Shown here: positions 45,118 to 60,003 of the stretch, piece after piece
How the letters are laid out: each line of letters starts with the position of its first letter
How positions within the stretch are numbered: position 1 is the stretch's first letter
Assembly: GCA_963720545.1 (NCBI GenBank)
Contig: OY970399.1
Span: 3,168,001-3,232,000 of the forward strand
DNA: 64,000 bases
Source: an uncultured Acidobacteriota bacterium
GTDB lineage: Bacteria > Acidobacteriota > Vicinamibacteria > Fen-336
Direction of reading: 5' to 3'
Position numbers and translations under genes: made by a program
The notes under the pieces: model-generated
What the model was told of the DNA's origin: nothing
The model's input: the letters and a program-made list of their open reading frames with translations, nothing else
The model's database searches: none

Positions 45118-46436
45118 CGTCCGCGACGCCGGGCCGCAAGCCAAGCCGTTGCCTGTGCTCGTTGTTCGCGACCGCCTTGCTGCTCGGCGGGCTGGCAGCG
45201 CCGGTGCTTGCGCAGGCTCCATCCGGCCCGCCCGATACGCAGGTAGGTCAGCCGGTGCAGGGGCCGCCGCCCCCGTCGAGCCGCCCGGCGCGCCGCGAAC
45301 CGCGCTTCTCGCTGTGGGCGCGCGCCGAGGAGAGCTACGAGGTGAACCCGCAGCTGCGGCAGGACGGCGACGACCTCAACTCGTTCGTCGACAACCTCAG
45401 CGCCGGGCTCGGCTATACATTCCGCGGCCCGCGCGGCGACCTCACGTTCAACGTCGACGGCGGCCGCCTCAACTATCACGACCTTCCCGACCTCAGCCGC
45501 TGGACCTACGGCGGCGGCGTGAAGGGCCTCTACAACTTCTCGCCGCGAGCCTCCTTCGCGGTGCGCGAGCGTTACACCGTCTCGGCGCAGAACGCTGCCG
45601 CCGTGCTCGAGTCGAGCGGCCTGCCGGTGTCGCTCGTCAACAGCCGCACCAACGCGGCCGACGCCAACCTGCACCTGGGCGTGACCCGTCGCACCAACCT
45701 CGACCTCGGCGTGCGCCACGAAAAGATCACCTTCGACGCAGACGCCTCGCTGCCCGGCACCGGCCCGCTGGTCAGCGGTAACGTCCTCACCGCCGACGCG
45801 CGGCTGTCGCGCCGCATCGGCAACGAGGACAACATCGGGCTCGGCTACTCGTATGCCTTCAACCTCGTGAGCGGCACCGGCGCCGACGTCCAGACAGCCT
45901 ATCTCTCGTGGAGCGGCCGCCTCGGACGCCGTGTCGGCGCGGCCCTCACCGGCGGCGCCAGCAGGCTGTCGCCGCTCGAGGTGACAGGGGTGCCCGGAGT
46001 GCCGCCGGATCCCACGGCGCCGCCGATCGCGCCGATCGCGGCGAAATGGCGGCCTTCGGGTTCCGCCGCCCTGACAGCCGAGTTCCGCCACGGCTCGCTC
46101 GGCGCCGGATATTCGCGCACGGTCGGCCAGGCATTCGGCTTCGGCGTCGAGCGCGTCGCCGACATCGCAGCGCTGTACGGCGACCACCGTTTTGGCCGCA
46201 ACACCACGATGAGCTTCAACGGCAGCTTCGGCCGCACCCGCGAGGCGAGCGGGTCCGACGTCAACAGCTTTGACACGATATCCGCGGGTGCCGCGTTGCG
46301 ACACCTGCTGTCGCGGCGTTTCGAATTGAACGGCGGCTACACCTACGGGCGGATCAAGCCCGCCGACACGCTCATCGCCCCTTACCGGACGGGCCGCGCC
46401 TTCCTGGCGCTCGCATACGGCAGGCTGCGCGAATGA
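45114..46436 (+). CDS. Outer-membrane beta-barrel protein associated with polysaccharide export
   Basis: Signal peptide, alternating amphipathic strands (SAGLGYTF, GVKGLYNF, LGYSYAFN, LNGGYTY, FLALAY). GTGA overlap with wza. Confidence 0.75.
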   Translation: MTSATPGRKPSRCLCSLFATALLLGGLAAPVLAQAPSGPPDTQVGQPVQGPPPPSSRPARREPRFSLWARAEESYEVNPQLRQDGDDLNSFVDNLSAGLGYTFRGPRGDLTFNVDGGRLNYHDLPDLSRWTYGGGVKGLYNFSPRASFAVRERYTVSAQNAAAVLESSGLPVSLVNSRTNAADANLHLGVTRRTNLDLGVRHEKITFDADASLPGTGPLVSGNVLTADARLSRRIGNEDNIGLGYSYAFNLVSGTGADVQTAYLSWSGRLGRRVGAALTGGASRLSPLEVTGVPGVPPDPTAPPIAPIAAKWRPSGSAALTAEFRHGSLGAGYSRTVGQAFGFGVERVADIAALYGDHRFGRNTTMSFNGSFGRTREASGSDVNSFDTISAGAALRHLLSRRFELNGGYTYGRIKPADTLIAPYRTGRAFLALAYGRLRE

Positions 46437-46470
46437 ACGTCAGCCGCTCCCACCGCTAGACAGGCCGCCC

Positions 46471-47463
46471 TTGAAACTCGCAAAGCTGAAGTCGGCGGTT
46501 AAGTCGCTTCACGCCTCGCGCCACGCGTGGCGCCTCGGGCGGCCGTTCCATCCGCGGGGGGTCGCGGTCCTGATGTACCACCGCATCGGCCGCGTCGCGC
46601 CGTTCTATGGCCTCGACCCGGAGACCTTTCGCAAGCACATCGAGTGGCTCGCCGCCAACTGCGAGATCGTCGCGCCGCAGGACCTGCAGGAGAGCTGCCG
46701 CCTGAGCAAGAGCAGCCGCCGCCGCAAGGTGGTGCTCACGTTCGACGACGGCTTCGCCGGCTACTACCAGCACGCTTATCCGGTGCTGAAGCGCCACGGC
46801 GCGCCCGCGGCGGTGTTCCTCGCGACCGCCTCGATCGACGACCCATCGCTGTTGATCTGGCCGGACCGTGTGACCCTCGCGGTGACGCGCACCGAGCGCC
46901 AGTCGATCGCGGCGCCGTGGAACGAGCGGCTGCATTGCGACCTGTCGACGCCGCGCGCCCGCCGGGTGTTCATCCACGACTTCAAGATCGCCGCCAAGCT
47001 GGCGCCCGACGCGGAACGTCGTCGTATGATCGAGCAAATGCTCGCGGCGCTCGACATCCGCGACCTGGCCACCTCCCGGCAGATGATGAACTGGGACGAA
47101 GTGCGCGCCGCATCCGACCTCACCACCTGGGGCGGCCACACCCACACGCATCCCGTCCTCAGCAGGGTAGCCGACGCAGACCTCGACTACGAGGTGCGGA
47201 TGTCGCGTGACCGGATTGCGGAAAACACGGGATCGGCGCCGCGATTCTTCGCCTACCCGAATGGGCGGACGATGGATTACGACGAGCGCAGCCGGGCCGC
47301 CTTGAGCAAGTACGGTTTCGAGATCGCCTTCGCCACCGATGAAGGGCTGAACGGGCCGGCCACCGACTGGCACGCCGTCCGCCGGCTGCCCGGCGACTGC
47401 AACGTCGCCGAGCTGGCATGGATGCTGTCGGGCCTTGGCGCCGCCGGACGGAACCCGACCTGA
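46471..47463 (+). CDS. Polysaccharide deacetylase (CE4/NodB)
   Basis: VLMYHRI, LTFDDGF, GGHTHTHP, FAYPNG. Confidence 0.9.
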   Translation: MKLAKLKSAVKSLHASRHAWRLGRPFHPRGVAVLMYHRIGRVAPFYGLDPETFRKHIEWLAANCEIVAPQDLQESCRLSKSSRRRKVVLTFDDGFAGYYQHAYPVLKRHGAPAAVFLATASIDDPSLLIWPDRVTLAVTRTERQSIAAPWNERLHCDLSTPRARRVFIHDFKIAAKLAPDAERRRMIEQMLAALDIRDLATSRQMMNWDEVRAASDLTTWGGHTHTHPVLSRVADADLDYEVRMSRDRIAENTGSAPRFFAYPNGRTMDYDERSRAALSKYGFEIAFATDEGLNGPATDWHAVRRLPGDCNVAELAWMLSGLGAAGRNPT

Positions 47464-48632
47464 GGCAAGCATTCATCTTCGGCCGCAGCGTGACTGCGCT
47501 CGCGGCAATGCGCTCGTTCGGCGCAGCCGGGATACCGCTACGGGTGTTTGGCGCAGCGGGCACGTTCGCGGTGCGCTCGCGCTATTACAGCCGGCATCCG
47601 CAGGTCAGCGGCGAAGACCTCGTCGAAGCGCAGCTCGCCGGCTTTCTCGAGAGCCTGGGCGGCGAGGGCGCGGTGCTGTTCCCCTGTTCGGACGACTGGC
47701 TGAAGGCGGTGGCGGCGCTGCCCGCGACGTTGCGGCAGCGCTTCCCGACTTCGCTGCCGGCACCCGAGACGATCGAGGACTTCGCCGACAAGCTGCGTTT
47801 CGCGGGCGTGATGCAGCGACTGGCGCTGCCGCACCCCCGCACCCGGCTCATCTCCTCGGCGGCGGAGGTCGATGCTCTGCCCGACGACGCCTTCCCGCGC
47901 TCGTTCCTGAAGCCCGCGAACTCGCAGGCGTTCGCGCGTGTCTACAGCGCCAAGGCGTTCCGGCCGACGACCCGCGCCGAAGCCGCGGCGGCGTGGCGCA
48001 TGGCCCACGCCGACGGCCACGTCCTGCTGTTCCAGGAATACATCCAGGGCCCGCCCAGCGAGCACTACTTCGTCGACGGCTTCATCGACCGCCACGGCAC
48101 GCCGCGCGCCGTGCTGGCGCGCCGCCGGGTGCGCATGGATCCGCCCGACCTCGGCAACAGCAGCCAGATCGTCTCGGTGCCGCCCGACGAGATCCGGCCC
48201 GCGCTCGACGACACGCTGCGGCTGATGCGCGCGGTGTCGTACCGCGGGATCTTCAGCGTCGAGTTCAAGCACGACCGGGCGGACGGCCTCTACAAGTTCC
48301 TCGAGGTGAACGCGCGGCCCTGGTGGTACCTGGCGTTTGCCGCGCACTGCGGCATGGACGTGGCGCGGATGGCGTACGCCGATGCGCTTGAACAGGACGT
48401 GGCAACCATCGCGAACTACAAGGTCGGCGAGCGCTGCACCTACCTGCTGCCCGACTTCAAGGCCGCGCGGCGTGCGATCCGCGCCGGCGACCTCAGTTAT
48501 GGAGCGTGGCTGCGCAGCCTGCGCGGCTCGAGCTGGCCGGTGTTCGAGTGGCACGATCCCGGACCAGCGCTCGCGATGCTGTCGCTGCACGTGCCCGCCT
48601 TCTTCCGCCGCAGCCCAGGGCAAGAACGGTGA
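47418..48632 (+). CDS. ATP-grasp carboxylate-amine ligase (D-aspartate-ligase-like)
   Basis: LFPCSDD, LKPA, FQEYIQG, SVEFKHD, FLEVNARPW, DPGPA. Exact start uncertain. Confidence 0.82.
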   Translation: MDAVGPWRRRTEPDLRQAFIFGRSVTALAAMRSFGAAGIPLRVFGAAGTFAVRSRYYSRHPQVSGEDLVEAQLAGFLESLGGEGAVLFPCSDDWLKAVAALPATLRQRFPTSLPAPETIEDFADKLRFAGVMQRLALPHPRTRLISSAAEVDALPDDAFPRSFLKPANSQAFARVYSAKAFRPTTRAEAAAAWRMAHADGHVLLFQEYIQGPPSEHYFVDGFIDRHGTPRAVLARRRVRMDPPDLGNSSQIVSVPPDEIRPALDDTLRLMRAVSYRGIFSVEFKHDRADGLYKFLEVNARPWWYLAFAAHCGMDVARMAYADALEQDVATIANYKVGERCTYLLPDFKAARRAIRAGDLSYGAWLRSLRGSSWPVFEWHDPGPALAMLSLHVPAFFRRSPGQER

Positions 48633-50299
48633 ACGGCGCCGAGCGCGTCTGCGCCACCCTGGGAGCATTGGGCTCCGATACCGTCTTCGGGTTGCCCGGC
48701 AGCCAGAACGTCGGCCTGTACGCGGCGGCGGGGCAGTCGCCCCTGCGGCTCTGCGGCGCCACCTCGGAGACCGCCGCCGCCTTCATGGCCAATGGCTACG
48801 CGCGCGCCACCGGCGCTCCGGGAATCCTGTTCACGATCCCCGGTCCCGGGTTCGCGTTCGCGCTGCCCGGCATCGCCGAGGCGTGGCTCGACTCCGTGCC
48901 GCTCATACACTTTACGGGCATGCCGGCGCGCGCCCCGGGTCGCGCCTTCCAGCTGCAGGCGATCGACCAGGCGGCGATGGCCAGGCCGGTCGTGAAGGCC
49001 GTGATCGAGGTGCAAGCGGGCGCCCAGGTGGATGCGGCCGTGCGCGAGGCGCATGCCCTGAGCCTCGCGGGCGAGCCGGGGCCGGTGCTGGTGCAGCTGG
49101 CGCCGGAAGCGCTCAGCGAACGGGCCGACCCGGGCCGCGCCGCGCCGCCGATGCCGACCTTACAGGCGCAGCCGGATGGCGCTGCGCTCGAGGCGCTGGT
49201 GGCGCGGCTGCGTGCGGCGCATCGCCCGCTGCTCTACGCCGGCCAGGGCGCACAGGACGAGGGTGCCTTGCTCGCGAGCCTCTGCGAAGCCGCGCGCGCG
49301 CCGCTGCTCACCACCACCTCGGGCCGCGGCGCGGTGGCCGAAAGCCACCCCTGGCTCATTGCCTCGGATCTGGCGCCCTCGGCGGCCGTGCAGGACCTGT
49401 TCGCCGCCGCCGACCTGGTGCTGGCGATCGGCGTGAAGTTCTCGCACAACGGCGCGCGCGGTTTTCGCCTGGCGCTGCCGCCGGCGAACCTGGTGCACGT
49501 CGACAGCGCACAGCGCAACCTCGGCGCCAACTACCCCGCGTCGCTGAGCCTCGGCTGCGACGCCCACCTGCTGTTGCGCGCGCTGGTGCCGCGGCTCGGC
49601 GGAGCCTCCTCGCGCTGGACCGCCGCCGAAATCGCGGCATGGCGTGTGCGGCTTGCGGCCGTAGACGGCGCGGAAGAGCCATTGCTGCGCGGCACGAAAC
49701 CGCCCGAGGCCGCCGCGTTCTTTGCGGCGCTTGGCGCGGCGTTGCCGGCGCAGGGCGTGCTGACGCTCGATTCGGGCCGTCACCAGATGCTGGCGCGGCG
49801 GCACCTGCGCATCAAGGGGCCGCGCAGCTTGATGGCGCCGACCAACTTCCAGTCGATGGGCTACGCGATTCCGGCGGCGATCGGCGCGCTCTGCGGCCGG
49901 CCCGACGCGACCGCGGTGGCGGTGGTGGGCGACGGCGGCTTCGCGCTCAGCGGCATGGAGCTGCTGTCCGCGGCGCGTGAGCGGTTCGACCTGACCGTGG
50001 TCGTCTGCAACGACGGCCACTACAGCCTGATTCGCGACCAGCAACTGGGCGCGCACGGCACTGCCCACGGCACTTCATTGTGGAACCCCGACTTCGCCCG
50101 CTTCGCCGCGGCTGCCGGCGTGCGCCACGTGCGCGTCCGCGGCGACCTGCACAAGGCTGTCGGCGAAATGTTGGCGCCGGGCCGCGGCGTCGTCCTGGCG
50201 GAGGTGGTGTTGCGCGATTCGGTGCGTCGGCGCCTGTCGCAGTTGCGGGACAAGGCGGCCGGGCGGGCGCGCGGGCTGCTGCGTTTCGCGAGGCGTTGA
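48629..50299 (+). CDS. Thiamine-diphosphate-dependent enzyme (acetolactate synthase-like)
   Basis: VFGLPG, ETAAAFMANGYAR, PGPG, SMGYAIPAAIGA, GDGGF...ND ThDP motif. GTGA overlap with the ligase. Confidence 0.88.
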   Translation: MNGAERVCATLGALGSDTVFGLPGSQNVGLYAAAGQSPLRLCGATSETAAAFMANGYARATGAPGILFTIPGPGFAFALPGIAEAWLDSVPLIHFTGMPARAPGRAFQLQAIDQAAMARPVVKAVIEVQAGAQVDAAVREAHALSLAGEPGPVLVQLAPEALSERADPGRAAPPMPTLQAQPDGAALEALVARLRAAHRPLLYAGQGAQDEGALLASLCEAARAPLLTTTSGRGAVAESHPWLIASDLAPSAAVQDLFAAADLVLAIGVKFSHNGARGFRLALPPANLVHVDSAQRNLGANYPASLSLGCDAHLLLRALVPRLGGASSRWTAAEIAAWRVRLAAVDGAEEPLLRGTKPPEAAAFFAALGAALPAQGVLTLDSGRHQMLARRHLRIKGPRSLMAPTNFQSMGYAIPAAIGALCGRPDATAVAVVGDGGFALSGMELLSAARERFDLTVVVCNDGHYSLIRDQQLGAHGTAHGTSLWNPDFARFAAAAGVRHVRVRGDLHKAVGEMLAPGRGVVLAEVVLRDSVRRRLSQLRDKAAGRARGLLRFARR

Positions 50300-50369
50300 C
50301 GCCTGGTGTGAGCGCCGCCACTCCCCGGCCGCGGGGACGCTTTTGGGACCCTCGATTCTCAGGCCCGAA

Positions 50370-50378
50370 TGATAAAAT
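50370..50378 (+). promoter_or_regulatory. Putative extended -10 for the co-polymerase/kinase/PPTase/NRPS/PKS unit
   Basis: TG-A-TAAAAT in an AT-richer intergenic gap. Alternative TACACT at 50421-50426. Confidence 0.45.
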
Positions 50379-50487
50379 CCTCAGTTGCTGCTTTCGGCAT
50401 CGCAGCGGCAGGCGACTGGATACACTAAGTGTCATCGAAAGGGCCCACGAGAGGCGCTGCCAACAGCCCTTCGCGGGAGGGTGAGAA

Positions 50488-52017
50488 GTGAGCGAAGAGC
50501 AAGACTTCGAGCAGGCCGGATCGCACAGCCTCAAGCGCTATCTCGAGATCCCCAAGCGGCGCCCCTGGCACATCGTGGTGCCTTGCATCAGCCTCGCCAT
50601 CGTTGCGCTCGGCGTCAGCTTCCTCATCCCCAAGCTCTACAAGACCCAGACCATGATCCTGGTCGAGAGCCAGAAGGTGCCGGAGTCGATCGTGCGCCGC
50701 AGCTCCGAAGACGAGCAGGCGAAGCCGCGGCTCGCCACCATCCGCCAGGAGATCATGAGCCGCACGCGCATCGAGACCGTGCTGAAGGAGCTGAATCCTT
50801 ACCCAGACCTCATGGGCCGAACCCCGCTCACCAGCATCGTCGAGAAGATGCGCTCCGCCACCGAGATCGTCGTCAAGGGCAACGAGGCCTTCAGCATCGA
50901 GTACGTGCACGAGGACCCGAAGAAGGCCATGGAGGTGACCAACCGCCTCGCCACCTTGTTCATCGACGAGACCTCGCGTTCGCGCGAAGACAGCGTCAAG
51001 GGCGCGAACTCGTTCCTCGAGGAGCAGCTTGCGGACGCGAAGAAGGAGCTCGACGAGAAAGACCGCGAGGTGCGCCGCTACAAGGAGCTGCACACCGGGC
51101 GCCTGCCCGAGCAGACGCCTTCCAACCTGGCGGCGCTCGAGCGCTTCCAGATGGAGCGGCAGAACATCGAAACGCAGCTGTCGTCCGCGCGCCAGCGCGA
51201 GTTGATGCTGGAGCGTGGCGTCGGCGACACCATCACCACCCCCAGCGGGCAGGTGGTCGCCGCCGTCGACCCGAACCGCGACCTCAACAAGGCGCGCGAG
51301 GAGCTCGCGGTGATGCGCACCCGCTACACCGACGAACACCCCGACGTGCGCGCGCAGCTGGCGCGCATCGCGCGGCTGGAGCGCGAAGCCGGCGACGCCG
51401 AGCGCCGCGCCGCCGCCACCACCACGCCGCCGGCGCCGCCCGCCGGCAACCGCATGCAGCTGGAGCAGGTGCGCAGCGACATCCGCGCCCTCGAGATGCG
51501 CAAGGGGCAGACCGAAGCGCAGATGAGCGCCTACCAGGGCCGCGTCGAGGACTCGCCGCGCACCGAGCAGGAGCTGAAGACGCTGACGCGCGACTTCGAC
51601 CAGTTGAACGAGAACTACAAGTCGCTGCTCGCGAAGAAGATCAATGCGCAGATGGCCGAGAAAATGGAGGAGCGCTGGAAGGGCGAGCGCTTCAGCGTCC
51701 TCGACCCGGCCTACGTGCCCGAGGAACCGTACTTTCCGAACCGCACGCTGTTCGCGCTGGTGGGCGCCGTCGCCGGCCTCATCATCGGCCTCAGCCTCGC
51801 GTTCGGCGCCGAACTCTTCGACCAGTCGGTGAAGGACCAGGACGACCTCGCCGACCTCATTCCGCAGCCGGTGCTCGTGATCTTCCCGAGCATCCCGGCG
51901 ACCATCGGACCGGCCCGCGGCGGGCGCAGCGGCGGCGGCGGCTATACGGCGCGCGGCTCAGCCGACGTCCTCGAGCTCGACGAATGGCGGTCGCGCGGCA
52001 GGGCGTCCCGTGGTTGA
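50488..52017 (+). CDS. Polysaccharide co-polymerase (Wzz/Wzc-N, GumC-like)
   Basis: N- and C-terminal TM helices, coiled coil, RYTDEHPDV, FSVLDPAYVPEEPYFPNR. Confidence 0.9.
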   Translation: MSEEQDFEQAGSHSLKRYLEIPKRRPWHIVVPCISLAIVALGVSFLIPKLYKTQTMILVESQKVPESIVRRSSEDEQAKPRLATIRQEIMSRTRIETVLKELNPYPDLMGRTPLTSIVEKMRSATEIVVKGNEAFSIEYVHEDPKKAMEVTNRLATLFIDETSRSREDSVKGANSFLEEQLADAKKELDEKDREVRRYKELHTGRLPEQTPSNLAALERFQMERQNIETQLSSARQRELMLERGVGDTITTPSGQVVAAVDPNRDLNKAREELAVMRTRYTDEHPDVRAQLARIARLEREAGDAERRAAATTTPPAPPAGNRMQLEQVRSDIRALEMRKGQTEAQMSAYQGRVEDSPRTEQELKTLTRDFDQLNENYKSLLAKKINAQMAEKMEERWKGERFSVLDPAYVPEEPYFPNRTLFALVGAVAGLIIGLSLAFGAELFDQSVKDQDDLADLIPQPVLVIFPSIPATIGPARGGRSGGGGYTARGSADVLELDEWRSRGRASRG

Positions 52018-52882
52018 GTCGCGCAAGCAGAAGCGCGCCCGCGAGCGCGAGGAATACCGTCACAGCGACGGCGGCACCATCGAGCCGGGCGACCGCGACC
52101 TCCTGGCGCGCGAGCGCCCGACGAGCGACTATGACATCGAGTTCTCGTCGGCAGCCTCGCCCATGGAGGAGGTGAGCTTCGCCACCGTCGCCGAGGTGCG
52201 GCCCCAGCCCGCCTCGCGGCCGGTGGAGTCGGCGCTCGGCGAGAACCACCTCATCTCCGAGGAATTGCGCCTGCTGGTGGTGAAGCTGCGCATCATCGCC
52301 GAGCAGCGGCCGTTTCGCTGCATCGGGATAGCCAGCGCGCTCGGCAACGAGGGCAAGACGACGCTCTCCATCGGCATCGCGGCGGCGCTGGCGCGCGAGA
52401 CCGACACCAACGTGCTGCTGCTCGAGGCCGACCTGCGCCGTCCCGGCATCGAGAACTCGCTCGGCCTGCCGGCGGTGCCCGGCGTCGGCGAATGGATCCA
52501 GGGTGAACCCGGTCCGGTGGCGCTGCGCGTGGTGACTCCGCCCGGATTCTCGGTGCTGAGCGCCGGCAAGACCTCGTTCGAGCGCCCCGAACTCCTGAGC
52601 GGCGGGCGCATGAGCAGCCTGCTGCGCGCCGCGCGCCAGCAGTTCGACTACGTGGTCGTCGACTGTCCGCCGATCCTGCCGGTGGCCGACACCGTCATGC
52701 TGCAGGACCGCCTCGACGGCTTCCTGCTGGTGGTGCGTTCGCGTGCCAGCCCGCGCGAAGCCGTGAAGCGCGCCGCTGCCGCGCTCAAGCCCGACCGCAT
52801 CCAGGGGATCTTGTTCAACGACAGCCAGGAAGCCCTTCACAGCTACGACAAGTACTACTCCCACTACCGCTATCGCCAGTAA
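52010..52882 (+). CDS. CpsD/CapB-family BY tyrosine kinase
   Basis: Walker A SALGNEGKTT, A' LLEADLRRP, B VVVDCPP, C-terminal Tyr cluster YDKYYSHYRY. Confidence 0.92.
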   Translation: MVESRKQKRAREREEYRHSDGGTIEPGDRDLLARERPTSDYDIEFSSAASPMEEVSFATVAEVRPQPASRPVESALGENHLISEELRLLVVKLRIIAEQRPFRCIGIASALGNEGKTTLSIGIAAALARETDTNVLLLEADLRRPGIENSLGLPAVPGVGEWIQGEPGPVALRVVTPPGFSVLSAGKTSFERPELLSGGRMSSLLRAARQQFDYVVVDCPPILPVADTVMLQDRLDGFLLVVRSRASPREAVKRAAAALKPDRIQGILFNDSQEALHSYDKYYSHYRYRQ

Positions 52883-52892
52883 CCGCGCCGGC

Positions 52893-53672
52893 ATGCTCGG
52901 CGAGGGGGAAGTGGTCTTTGCGTTCGTGCCGCTCGACCATGAACCCGGACCCGCCGAGCACGCCTTGATCGACGCGGAAGAGCGCGCCCGCAGCGAACGC
53001 TTCGTGTACCCCGCGGACCGCCGCCGCTACGTGGTCGCACACGCGGCGTTGCGCCAGTTTCTCGCCGCAACGCTTGGGATCGCGGCCGATGCCGTCCGCT
53101 ACGCCGGAGCAGCGCTCGGCAAGCCGCGGCTGCGTAGCGCCGGCGCCGACGGTCCCTTCTTCAACATGTCGCATTCGGGCGAATTCGCGCTGCTCGCGGC
53201 GACTCGCTGCGGCCCGCTCGGCGTGGACCTCGAGGCGCAGCGCGAGGTGGCCCTGCTTGCCGAGGTCGCCGCAAAAAATTTCTCCGCGGCCGAGTGCCGC
53301 CAGCTCTTCGACCTCCCGCCTGCGGACCATGCTGGGGCATTCCTTCGCTGTTGGACGCGCAAGGAGGCGCTCATCAAGGCCGACGGGCGTGGTTTGTCGC
53401 TGCCGCTCGACAGTTTCGACGTGGAGCTTTGCGGCGGCGCCGGCAACCTCCTGCTCCGGGCTGCCGACGCCGCCGGGCTCGACGGCAGCAAGACTTGGAG
53501 CATCAACGACTTGAAGGCGCCCGTGGGCTACGCCGCCGCCGGCGCGCTCGGCACCGGCGTGTGTCTTCCCGCACGCTGGCGGGAGGTTGTGGGCCCGTCA
53601 CTGGGCGGCGCGAACCCGCACGCTAAGATCGCTTCATCCATGCAACCCAATGGGCCGGGCGGCCGCGCGTGA
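52893..53672 (+). CDS. Sfp-type 4'-phosphopantetheinyl transferase
   Basis: GKP, FNMSHSG, GVDLE, WTRKEALIKADGRGL. Confidence 0.92.
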   Translation: MLGEGEVVFAFVPLDHEPGPAEHALIDAEERARSERFVYPADRRRYVVAHAALRQFLAATLGIAADAVRYAGAALGKPRLRSAGADGPFFNMSHSGEFALLAATRCGPLGVDLEAQREVALLAEVAAKNFSAAECRQLFDLPPADHAGAFLRCWTRKEALIKADGRGLSLPLDSFDVELCGGAGNLLLRAADAAGLDGSKTWSINDLKAPVGYAAAGALGTGVCLPARWREVVGPSLGGANPHAKIASSMQPNGPGGRA

Positions 53673-53682
53673 GCCGCACAGC

Positions 53683-60003
<6,321 letters not shown>

